Source of the DNA: Selaginella moellendorffii
Lineage: Eukaryota > Plantae > Lycopodiophyta
DNA: 64,000 nt
Assembly: GCF_000143415.4 (NCBI RefSeq)
Contig: NW_003314269.1
Location: forward strand, 2,721,060-2,785,059
Reading direction: 5' to 3'
The notes beneath the pieces were generated by a model, which did no database searches, was not told the DNA's origin, and worked only from the letters and a program-made list of their open reading frames with translations. Made by a program: the position numbers and the translations under genes. Shown piece after piece: positions 36,912 through 48,702 of the stretch; position 1 is the first letter of the stretch, and the number at the start of each line of letters is the position of its first letter.

Positions 36912-39091
36912 TGTAAGCGACTAAATTTTCCATTCTACTTTAGTCACTTAACCACACCTCTGACCACTTAGAGGAGTCTCATTCACAACCTCCATAAGTC
37001 CAATCCAGGACTTGGGACTTGCTAGCCCCGAGAATGGCATCCATGCCACTCAACATTTGCACTTGGTCCAAGTGCTCCACGTGTCCGATCCCATGACCGA
37101 CACTCAAAGGTACCACCGACATAGCAGCCCGTTACGCTAAGGCCATGCCCAATCACCTTTGCCACACTGGTAGTCCAATACCACTTGCATCACCGTCTTG
37201 GCTCTCCAAGACTAGGCAAACCATCCGTGAGTGGTCATCTCAGATCCACTCCTTAGCATCCTTAGGATGCCCACCGACAAGGGGAATAGCCTTCCCCAAT
37301 ATCCCTCTGTCAGTCCCCACTAAGTCCCTTTCTGCCCCTGGCCGTGTTTGCCAACACTGCCACTGGATCGAGACCCACAGGCCCGACCACTAAGTCCCAC
37401 GGTCCTCTGGGACTTCCTCACCACACGACTGTGTCCTTGGTCACTACCCCAGAGGACTGCTCCTCTTCCTTTCCACAGTTTGGGCCTTTGGGACAACATT
37501 TCGGAACACCGTGGCCTTACGCGAGCCACCTGGGTACTCTCCTCGCCTTCTGCCCTTGGGTGCTCTAGCCATGGGCTTAGAGCGGGTTCCGTTGAGCCAC
37601 ACCAGGTATCCAAGTAGGTAGTGCCACCCACACTTGGACTGGGAGCATCGGCCAGTCGATCTCCCGGGGGAACTAGAGCCGGCTCTTGAACACTTCACCA
37701 AGCTACCCCGCTTGTCGGTCTGTGTTCACTCTAGTCTTGGACTTCCCAGTGGGCAGCTCATCACCCAACACTGGGTCCGGCCTTCCTGGGCCAAACTGGC
37801 CTTTCCTGGCCAAACTGGCTCCACTGCAGTCCTCCCCCTACTATACTTTTGGAGCTCACCAAACCCCCCAGGGTCTGGGAGACGAACGCTTTGGGCTTTC
37901 ACCCTCTCAGGCTCCGGACTCGGACTTGGACTCGGACTCGGACTCGGACTCGGATTCGGACTCAGACTCGGGCTCGGGCTCGGTCTCGGCCTCGGCCTCG
38001 GCCTCGGTCTCGGTCCCGATCTCGGTCTCGGTCTCGGTCCCGATCTCGGTCTTGGTCTCGGTCCCGGTCTCGGTCTCGGTCTCAGTCTTGGTCTCGACTT
38101 CGGACTCCATCTCGGACTCCATCTCAGACTCCATCTCAGACTCCATCTCGGGTCCATCTCGGACTCCATCTCGGGTCCATCTCGGACTCCATTTTGGGTC
38201 CATCTCGAACTCCATCTCAGGTCATCTCGGACTCCATCTCGGACTCCATTTCGGGTCCATCTCGGGTCCACCTCGGACTCCATCTCGGACTCCATCTCGG
38301 GTCCATCTCGGACTCCACTTCGGACTCCAACTCGGGTCCATCTCGGGTCCACCTCGGACTCCACTTCGGACTCCATCTCGGACTCCATCTCGGGTCCATC
38401 TCGGACTCCATCTCGGACTCCATCTCGGGTCCATCTCGGACTCCATCTCGGGTCTATCTCGGACTCCATCTCGGACTCCATCTCGGGTCCATCTCAGACT
38501 CTATCTCGGACTCCATCTCGGACTCCATCTCGGGTTCACCTCGGACTCCAACTCGGGTCCATCTCGGGTCCACCTCGGACTCCACTTCGGACTCCATCTC
38601 GGACTCCATCTCGGGTCCATCTCGGACTCCATCTCGGACTCCATCTCGGGTCCATCTCGGACTCCATCTCGGGTCTATCTCGGACTCCATCTCGGGTCCA
38701 TCTCAGACTCTATCTCGGACTCCATCTCGGACTCCATCTCGGGTTCACCTCGGACTCCAACTCGGACTCCATCTCGGGTCCACCTCGGACTCCACCTCGA
38801 ACTCCATCTCAGGTCCATCTCAGACTCCATTTCGGACTCCAACTCGGGTCCATCTCGGACACTTCCACGTGTCATGTGTTGGTCCTTTTGGGTCCTTTTT
38901 TGGAGCCTCGCCTTTTGCTTGCTTCATGCTCGTTCCTCGAGCACTTTGTTGGGAGTTCCACTCCCGCTCTTGACTTTTCAAGTCGGAGCTTTTGGTCCAA
39001 ACGTGTTACGCTCGTTTGGCTCTCGCTTCGGCCACTACCACGTGGCGCCCTTCCGGCTCCACTTTGGGGCCTAGGGATTTTGTGTCTCACA
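36912..39091. mobile_element. Solo LTR (family B, inverted relative to the other two copies) inserted in gag
   Basis: TGTAAGCGAC...GTCTCACA with 5-bp TSD ATATC (36907-36911 and 39092-39096). Gag reads on after its removal (…VIATY|HSWDDARRLREF…). Confidence 0.95.
37913..38860. repeat. Expanded composite minisatellite: GGACTC and GGTCTC hexamers, then CTCGGACTCCAT/CTCGGGTCCAT 12/11-mers
   Basis: Directly visible tandem units. Confidence 0.97.
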
Positions 39092-39769
39092 ATATCATTC
39101 TTGGGATGATGCTCGACGTTTGCGTGAGTTTCCCACGTATCTCCAAGGGACGGCGTTGCAATGGTACAATGGATTGAGCACGGCCACTCGTGGGGATTGG
39201 AGTGTTTTTCCGGACGTCTTCAAATGCGCCTTCGGACATGCCGACGATTGTGACGGTGCCTTCCAACAATTGCATCGTCTTCGCCAAGGGCCATCTGAGT
39301 CGGTGATGCAATTTGGCATTCGTTTCCGAAGTCTTTTGCTTCGTGCGGAGCCCAATATGTCGGAGCGGATCAAGCTAGGAATGTTGTGGCTAGCACTTTG
39401 TCAAGATCTTGTCGGACTTGTGCATGCACTTGCTCCTGCCACCCTTGATGATGCTCTTCGCTTGGCACAACGTTATGAGACATCGCCTCTTCCACTTCTC
39501 GCTACACGTCCTTCAGCTCCACTTCCTATGAGTGATAGTCCTGTTCCTATGGAGGTTGATGCTACTGCTACTCGAGTCCAAGGACAAGGGCAAGGACGTG
39601 GTCGTGGCCATGATGTTCGTTGCTGGGCGTGTGATGAAGTTGGTCATACTTATCGGCGTTGTTGGCGCTTTCCAGATTTGCGACCTCCATTTCCTGGGTG
39701 GAGACCTTGGCATCAGCAACGTCCCGTTGGTGCTGCTGCGGTGGAAAGTTTGGATACCAAGGTGCATCT

Positions 39770-39833
39770 GGGAAACAAGGAGTCGCGCAAGTAATGGAGG
39801 GACCTTGCGCGAATAAGTTAGTGACCCCTCCAT
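39770..39833 (+). promoter_or_regulatory. -1 programmed ribosomal frameshift signal (slippery heptamer plus H-type pseudoknot)
   Basis: G GGA AAC in the gag frame at 39770-39776 and a 6-nt spacer. Stem 1 TCGCGCAAG/CTTGCGCGA, stem 2 ATGGAGGG/CCCTCCAT. Pol is in the -1 frame. Confidence 0.85.
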
Positions 39834-42800
39834 CTTTCTTTCGGGAGTATCATCAAGGGGTTCACTCGGCACCGGTTCATCCAGTGTTTACTTTCCAAGC
39901 TCGTTTTTATAACAAGAGCTCTCCTATTCTTCTCTCCGTGTTGGTTGATACAGGTTTGAGTTTATCTTTTATTGCTCGACCTGTTGCCACACGTTGTCGT
40001 CTACACTTGCGTCGTGTGGCGGATCCAGTTTTCATTCTTTATGGCAACGGCCGTACACATGCATGTGCACGAGATGAGGCGGACCTGATTGTGCATATGG
40101 GTGATTTCGAGCTTGAGTTGCAGTCGTTGCGGGTGGTGCCGAGTCAAGCTTTTGACCTCATTCTTGGTATGGATTGGTTGCAACGCAATCATGCCAAGTG
40201 TGACTTTGAGGCTTCTCCCCCTTGTCTCATACTTCCTTATGTTTCATCCATTCCTCTCACTTCCGTACCTCTTCGTCCTTCTACTTTTACCTCTGTTTCC
40301 ATTACTTTTGTTCCCCCACTATTTCCTCTTGTGTTTCCATCTTGTTCTGCTCTTCCCTTTTCCGATCCCTCCGATGATCTTTGTGTTGCAGCTGTTGACC
40401 AGCTCATGAAGGAGTATTCTAATCTCTTTGAATTTAACCTATCGTTTGGGGCCAAGATTGCCATACGTCATCCCATTCCAGCCGGGGATGCTCGTCCAAT
40501 CAAGGTTCCTATTCATCGTCGGTCACCCAAGGAGATCAAGATTTTACGTGCAAACGTCAAGGAGATGTTGGAGAAGGGTGTTATTCGGAAGTCGCGGAGT
40601 CCTTGGGCATGTGAACCTCATCTTGTGATGAAGCCAGATGGGATTATTCATTTCTGCATCGACTATCGTCCGTTAAACGAAGTGACGATTCCAAATGTGT
40701 ATCCTCTTCCTCACACTGCTGATCTCTTGGATCGTTTAGGGCGCAGTCGTTGGTTCACCAAGCTAGATCTTGCTTCTGGGTATTAGCAAGTACCGATGGC
40801 CGAAGAAGATATTCCTAAGATTGCTTTTCGTACACCATTTGGTTTATACAAGTTCTTGGTGATGCCATTTGGTTTGAACAATGCTCCAGCAACTTTCCAG
40901 CGGATGATGGACGAGGTTCTTTGCGATATGCCAGAGGTGACTGTTGACTTCATTGATGATGTCTTGATCCACTTGGAAGGGACGTGGGAGGAGCACGTTC
41001 GTGATGTTTGTAAAGTGTTGGATCAGCTACGCGACGTTGGTTTAAAGCTGAAACGGTCAAAGTGTGTGTTTGGGTCTAAAGACACAACTTATCTTGGGTA
41101 CCGTATTTCTCATGAGGGTTTGCAAGTTGATCCTGACAAACTTGTGGCTATTCTAAAGTTCCCTACTCCGAAGTGTGTGAATGATGTGCAACGCTTCTTG
41201 GGTAAGGTGCAGTATCTCAGTCGTTTTGTGGATCATCTTTCCGATCGCACTACACCATTGCGAGTGTTGCTGAAGTCATCAACGTCATCTTTCATTTGGT
41301 CTCCGGATTGTGAGCGGGCGTTCGTGGATCTCAAAGAGCTATTGACAACTCCTCCGGTTTTGGCATATCCCGACTACACTCGACCTTTTATTTTGCGCGT
41401 TGATGCTTCTGATATTGGTCTTGGAGGTGTGTTGATGCAAGAAAGCTCGAGTGTGCCTGGTCAGCGCCATCCCATTGCATACATAAGCCGTACATTACAA
41501 CCAGCGGAGATGAACTACTCCACAATGGAGAAGGAGTGTTTAGTAGCAGTTTGGTAGGTTTTGAGAAACTTCATGCATATTTACATGGTTCTCGGACGTT
41601 ACTTGAAGGTGACCATGCTGCTGTTACTTCATTATTGAAGCAGAAGAACCTAGTTGGTCGTATGGCTTGATAGGCTTTGAAGCTTCAGATATATGATTTC
41701 GATGTTGTTCATCGCCCAGGGAGTTCTATGGCTTATGCTGATGCCCTTTCTCGAGCTCCTCTTCCTTCTCCACTCACTTCTCATGTTTTTGACGAACCTG
41801 TTGTTCCAGCATCTGTGGATTTTCTAGATGAGGATTCTGTGCCGTCGGCGGTTGCTGTCCTTGACGTTTAGTGTCCACAAGGCGTAGAGCAAGCTCTTGA
41901 TGAGGTTCGTGAGGCTCAAAAGATTGAGCCATGGATTCGAAGGCTTCAAGATGGGTTTGAGAATCCTGCATCACTTGCTGATGACTTGCCTTTCCGGCAT
42001 TTACATTCTCAATATTGCTTTAAAGATGGCCTTCTTTATTTTGTGGGGACAGATCCTGATGATCATTTACGACTGGTGGTGCCTTCGGTGTTTATTCCGC
42101 AGTTTCTCCATGCCTACCATGATTCTCCTATTCTAGGTGGGCATATGGGACACCGTCGTGTCACCGAGAAGCTACGCAGGTCTTTCTATTGGCCGGAGAT
42201 GCGACGTGATATTATCTGGTATGTACGTAGCTGCATTTGGTGCCAAGCTCGTAATATTCCCCCTTGTGCTGCGGAAGGACGGTTGGAGTCAATTGCAGTT
42301 TCCCGTCCGTTTGAGTTGGTGGCGTTTGATCTTATGGGACCTTTTTCACGATCGACTGCTGGCAATGAGTATGTTATTATTGCTTCTGACTACTTGACTC
42401 ATTGGATGGAAGTTGGTGCTCTTGCTAGCGCCTTTGCAACTGCTGTTGGATACTTCCTCCTCAATCGAGTGGTGTTCCAACATTCTTGTCCAGAGCGGAT
42501 TCTTTCGGATAATGGTCCTGCATTTATGGCTGAGGTATTTCATGTTTTGACATCTCGGTTGGGGATACGCCACACTTTTACGAGTGCTTATCATCCACAA
42601 TCAAATGGTCTGGTGGAACGGCTCGTTCGGACATTCAAAGGGATGATTGCGAAGTATGTGAACTTTCAACATTCAGATTGAGATGGTTATTTGCCGTCTC
42701 TTCGGTATGCCTATGTCACAGGGGTGCAGAGTTCTATTGGTGCTTCACCATATAAATTTCTATATGGTCATGATCCAATATTACCAACAGAGCTGGGTTT

Positions 42801-44578
42801 ACCTTCGCGATTACCACGAGCTCCTGATGCTAAGTCATGGGATCAATATTTGACAAGCATTCTTCCACTTGTCCGAGCAGAGTCTGCCGAACACTTAGGC
42901 CGCGTACAAGTGGGACAACAACGGCGCTACAACTCCCATCATCGTCCACCTGTGGAGTACAAAGTGGATGATTTGGTGTTAGTCTGTTTTCCCCATCTTA
43001 CAGTACGTGGTTTATCTAAGGGGCTCCTTGCGCAGTGGAAAGGACCGTATCGGGTGTTGCGGCAAGTTGGACCGCAAGTTTATGAAGTTCGGCATGATGT
43101 TCAGTAGGCTGATCCTCCGGAGATTGTGCATGTGCAGCGGTTAAAATGCTTCATACAAAAGGATCAGGAGCAGTTAATACCGTCTATAGATCCACCGATG
43201 CTTCCTCCTGACGTTCCTCCAGATCCCAGCCCATCTACAAGACAATCCTGACGGCTTTCCATTATTCCGAGAGGAGGGGATGATGTGAGGGCCAAGTGTA
43301 CGGCTACGATGCCGTATACTAATATTAGCGTAGTGGGATTTTGGTAGCCGTCGGATTGGTTTCAATCTAGACCACTCACTCCTATATATAAGCTAGGGTT
43401 TTTGGGTTAATTGATATACACATTTCTGTATTCCCTTTCCATATTCCATGCACTCATAGTTTCAATTCAAACCACTTACTCCTATATAAAATAATGTTTT
43501 TAGACTAATTAGATATACACAGTTTTTTGTATTCCATATACTAATTTTTCCAGAGTGTTTGGAGTGCTGAGAATGGCTAAGAGCACCATTGCATCCAAGG
43601 TGCAACTTTCTTAGTAGAGCATATCATACCAACAATCAATTTGCATATAGTTATTACTTGACCACAACCTCAACTACAACAATCTTGAAGTTGAATCTTC
43701 TTCTCCCCTTCTCTTTCTCTATTGTTCTTATTATTATGATTTATCAAATTTAAAGCTCTGGTGGATGAAACAATGGTGATTGCTTTTGCTGCTGCTGCTA
43801 CTCCAACCACTGTGAAAACTCTAGAAAATCTTTCCTTCCACAGCTCCTTAGGCTTGAGCTATTTAAATGCTTTAAGTTGCTCAAGCCTTGAGGATGAGGA
43901 TTTGCTGTCATTGACACCTGCAAAATGATAGTGTGGCTCCTTAGGCTTTAGCTATTTAAATGCTTTAAGTTGCTTAAGCCTCTTACGATTTACTGCCGTT
44001 GACACTTGCAAGGGTTGTCTATACTCAATGATAGTATTGTTCAACAAAATGTCAAGCCTTTACTTTTAATGAGAGAGTTCTCTTAATATCAAGCACAATT
44101 TTGCGACATTTTAGTGTGCCAAACAGGGACAACAGAAATAGTAAGCATGTATGACTTATACATTCAAAGAGAAAAATGAGAGAAGATGGAGATTTCCCTC
44201 TTTTCTTATGCTATGGAAGAAATTTATTAACCATGTCATATTTGGAGCAAGTGACTAACATTTTTTAGCACTTGATTTTCAGCCCCATGACCATGACATC
44301 TGCTGCTGATGAGCATCTCAAGCAATTTGCAAAGTTTATAGTGTTGAGAGTTGAGATTTGTGCAATGATAATGGAGGAGTGTTCTTTGGATATAGATAAG
44401 TGTCACTCATGTCATTTGGAATCTCTGCCAGAATTGTTGTGACCTCTGTGGGAAGAATCAAAGTGGCTTACAGAAAATAATTTGCATATATATATATTTA
44501 TATATATATATATATAATATATTACAAAGTAGAAACAAAATTTCTTGAGCTATAAGGAATCAAAGCTAGCTAACGAGG

Positions 44579-47500
44579 TTATGTATACATGACTAAATCC
44601 AACCTTAACGTACCAGTGGCAACTAGCTCGAGTAAATCCTTTAGCTTTTTCGCGTTAAGAGGTTTGCTAATGTACCCATCCATTCCAGCAGCTATACAGC
44701 GATCTCCGTCCCCGGACATGGCGTGTGCCGTCATTGCAACTATAGGAGTTCTCACTCCACTGCTCTTCTCAAGCTCACGAATTTCCCTCGTGGCCTGGAA
44801 ACCATCGCAAATTGGCATTTGAACCTGGATTTTTCACAAGAAAGTCTCAAACAAAAATGTAGATGAAGAAGAAAGAACTTACATCCATCAAGACGAGATC
44901 GAAAAACTCTTTTGACGATTGCTCGACCGCTTCGCTACCATTGCAAGCCAAAACGGTTGCATGACCCCACTTCTGTAGCAGTGTCATTGCAACCCGCTGG
45001 TTCACGACATTGTCTTCTGCTACCAAAATCTTGAGGCCTTTGGATTGTCCCTCAGGGATTTGCTTGAGCGATCTTCCCTGGAAAATATTCAGGCATAAAA
45101 TCAAGACAAACAAAAAACTCCATTGCATTACCTGTGGCTCCTGAGAGACAATTTCAGGATCTTCGGGAATTCCTAGAGCGGCATTTAAAGCTCGTTTTAA
45201 TAGAGCTCGTTTGATTGGCTTTGATGTGTGGACGTCAACACCTATCTGCTTACACCTGGGAGAAAAGCACGAAGTGTGCCATGAATAAGCAAAAGGAAGA
45301 ATGAAGAGATTGTACCTTGCTGCGTCCGAGTGTTCTAGAGAAGTAAGCATGACAATAGGAAGCATTGGAGTGTCTTTGAGATTTTGGTCCAGACACTTAG
45401 TACCTTCGCTTGGCGTCGAAAAGTTTTGCTCTGCCACTTGAGACTTGGAACTTTGAGCTGGTGATCCCCGATGCTTGTGGATGATTCCATTGGGGAGTTT
45501 ATTGTGTCCACGTATCAATATCGATGGACACTCGGGCTCCACTTCATGGTCTCCGTTACACAGCCTATTGCAGTGTATAGTCTGTGAACTGCTGCTAACA
45601 CCACTGAGGGGTCTCGCTGTGCTCCGGCTCTGGATCAAGCTTGGATTTTCTTGTAAACTCTTTACCAAGTCAGTAGCACTCGTCCCTTTCAGCCACATAT
45701 CGAGGAGTAAGACCCTAAAAGGCTGGCCTCTTTGAGCAGCTCTTTGGAAGGCCGAAAGAGCATCCTCAACACCATTTGCGGATTCCACAACCATTCCCCA
45801 CGCCTGAGTAAAGAAAAATAAAAATGAGGTGGAAGTAATGAAACAAAAGCTTGCCAGTCTTTTACCCTGAGCATTCGAACAAGGATGTCTCTGCTCGTTT
45901 TGTTGTCGTCCACCACCAGGGAGGAGACGTCTTTCAAGCTTTCCACGCCTAGAGGCGGCGAAGTTCCAGGCACTGATACAGGGACATGAAATGTAGCCGT
46001 GAAGTAGAAAGTACTTCCCTGCCCTTCACTTTCCACCCACATTCTTCCTCCCATGGCTGCAGCGAGCTTGGAAGATATCACGAGTCCTAACCCGGTTCCT
46101 CCATACAACCTTCAGTAAAAGAAAAAACCATTAGAAACAAGCCTTTGCAAAAACAAGGACAAGGAAAATAACTACCTCGTGGTGGAAGAATCCACCTGTG
46201 AAAAAGCCTGGAACAGTAGTGACTGCTTGTTCTTCGGGATTCCCACTCCTGAAAAAACTCAATTAGATGGATCCAAATGCTCGACTTGTATATACTTACC
46301 GGTATCGTTCACTGAAAACAGTAGTTCAACAGTTTCTTTGGTTTTGTTTTGAAGCTTCGCAAGAACCACGACTTCTCCGTCCTCCGTGAACTTAATCCCG
46401 TTACCTTTAGAGAAAGAAACGCTAAAAAGTTAGATGCGAATCCAATCTGTGTCTGAAAGATACGCTGCGTACCAATGAGATTGACGAACACTTGAAAGAG
46501 CCTCCCAGGATCGCCAACTATCTGATCAGGAACATCGGCATCAGCACTCCAAGCTAGCTCCAGGTTTTTCTTGTGTGCCCGTGCTGCTAGAACTGACACA
46601 GCGTGCTCTAGCTGGTCATACAACGAGAACTGGATGTCTTCCATCTCCAGCTTTCCAGCTTCTATCTTGCTGAAATCTAGAATGTCTGTGATTATCCGCA
46701 ACAAATGCTTCGCAGAGAAGCGCACCTGATACAACGAGGCACCCAAGTTGGTCACTCGAATCAATCTAGCTACAAGCTTGAACTTGATCTTACGTACAAG
46801 TTCCAGATATTCTTGTTGTTCTGTAGACGTCTGAGTGTCCAGGCACAGCTCCGTGCAGTTGATGATTCCGTTCAAGGGAGTGCGAATTTCGTGTGACATG
46901 TTTGCGAGGAACTCCGACTTGGCTTTGTCAGCTGCGACGGCTACATCTTTGGCCATTTGTAGCTCCATCTCCATCCGCTTTCTCTCCTCGATCTCGGTCG
47001 CCAGAATTTCATTTGCTCGAGCAAGATCTCGCGTTCGCTCTGCAACCTAGAGACAGTAGGCTTAGTATTATATGAAGTAAAAGATACACGACGAAGAAAC
47101 CTTTTGCTCCAACGTAGAGTGATGGTCAGATATCTGATCTGCCATGCTGTTGAAAATTCCCTGCAGGTCATGAATTTCATCCCGAAACCAGGCTGAGTTA
47201 CTCTTGACTCGAGCTCCCATGTCACCACTCCCAAGAGCCGCTGCTACTTTCCCAAGCTCGATAATCGGTGCGGTGAAAACCTGCAATTGCACGTTAAAAA
47301 AATAAACGAAGAAATGTTTTTCCTTCTACCTTTGCAAGGCAAAGAGAAGCGATGATTCCAACGACCAGAATCACCACTATGGTGACCACAATAACAATTT
47401 GTATGTTGGATATTGGTGCGTAAGCTTCTTTGATATCGAGCTTTGCAAGAAGACCTGCAAGTCAACCAAAGATTTTAGAACAGAATAAAAAAACCAAACC

Positions 47501-48702
47501 AACAAGCTCACCCCAGTTCAGGTATCCAACTGGAGCGTAGGCGACGATAACTTCCACTCCTCTATAGTCTCGCTCTCGTCGAACTCCAGATAGTCCGCCT
47601 ATAGCACTGGCCATGGAACCACTGAGAGGAACCGACGTAACACCGGGATGAGCTTGCGGAGGCAACAAGAGGTGTACAGTTTTATTCTCAATAGGCACCC
47701 CTACAATCAGCTCGCCAGTGTTCTGGAGCCCAGTTCTGTCGTGGATTAACGTCTTCAACGTTGTCGCATTAATCAACGCGGTCAGCACTCCTATCATGGT
47801 CTGATTCTGTAGAGCAAAACACGAAAAGAATAAAAAACAAAGGTTATAACTACTATGCAAAGTCAAAACCACGCTAAGAAATCCAAAACCAGGAAGAACA
47901 AAGACATCTTACCAGCATAATGGCTCTAGAAATGTTATACTCCCACAGCTTGTCACGCAGTTTCGGGAAAGCGATCTGTACAGGCGCGGTCTCCACAAGC
48001 TTATAATCCTGGTGGGCGAGAGATGGACTGAAAGTCTGGTTGTTGCTCGTCGCAAAGTGGAGCGAGCCTTCCTTGTTGTAGACAGCAGCACCCGTGATCT
48101 CCGAGATGGCAGAGATGGCCGACTGGAGGTCATACTTGGCGGTCTCCCGCGTAACTCCCGTGTTTGCGAGATTGTTAACGATCTGGATTCTGGAAGCGAT
48201 GAGCACCATCTTATCGATCTCGCCCAGCAGGTAGTCATTGAGTTGCTCTCGCCGGAGAACCGAGACTGCTGCCAAGCGCCGGCCAATCTCGTCAGCTAGC
48301 TGCTGGTGTGTCTTAAACCATAGAACAGCAGCTAGAACTCCAGAGGAAGATACGACCTGTAAGACGAAAAGAAAAAGATAGAGAAACTTTGCGTAAGTCT
48401 GCCACCAACATAAAGAAGCAGGCGAAAACAAAACATCAAAACGAAACAACGAGCAAGAACTTGAAAGAAAGAACACTTACCACAATTCCAATGAAGAGCG
48501 TGAGCTTGAAAAGAATGGAAGCTTTCAAGCTCATCTTCTTGCTGCTCCGGCTGGATTGACAGGCTGCGCCAGCCGAATTGTTGGGATGATCATCGGGAAC
48601 CGGGAGGGTGACGTCTGACACTGCTCCATTGATCTTGCTGGCTTCGTGGCGTTGCTCGAGAGCGCCACCAGTGGAGCTCTTTTGGAAAGCCAAGCACACC
48701 AT
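44579..48702 (-). CDS. Membrane hybrid histidine kinase: TM-Cache-like-TM-HAMP-HisKA-HATPase-REC-REC (multi-exon)
   Basis: H box [45 protein letters not shown] and [12 protein letters not shown]-like [16 protein letters not shown]...[17 protein letters not shown]. Two receivers (VVDD..LLD..KP; AEDN..LMD..SKP). The start may extend to ~48870. Confidence 0.92.

Larger units (their letters stand above)
36269..43458 (+). mobile_element. Full-length short-LTR Ty3/Gypsy retrotransposon (non-chromovirus; ~5.0 kb without the nested solo LTR), inactivated
   Basis: 175-bp LTRs 36269-36443 and 43284-43458, PBS TGGTGGAA, PPT GAGAGGAGGGGA, GTTT flanks. Gag CWACDEVGHTYRRC, protease VDTG, RT FIDD, RNase H DAS, integrase HHCC/DDE and GPY motif, with several stops. 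Confidence 0.96.
35610..43545 (+). mobile_element. Very old copy of the short-LTR Gypsy (integrase 3' end plus 3' LTR), split by the young copy
   Basis: 35625-36194 is an AT-drifted match to 42650-43283. LTR halves lie at 36195-36268 and 43459-~43545. Confidence 0.8.

Noticed and set aside
37913-38860. CRISPR-like array
   Set aside because: Contiguous 6-12-bp units with no unique spacers, eukaryotic context and no cas genes.
37634-39109. Long ORFs (491, 462 and 374 aa) and similar ORFs at 7789-8753
   Set aside because: They come from a stop-poor minisatellite open in several frames on both strands inside solo LTRs (LG, SD and RP dipeptide repeats).
43844-43980. Direct repeat CTCCTTAGGCTT.AGCTATTTAAATGCTTTAAGTTGCT.AAGCC (two copies)
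   Set aside because: A simple local duplication with no further structure or evidence of function.
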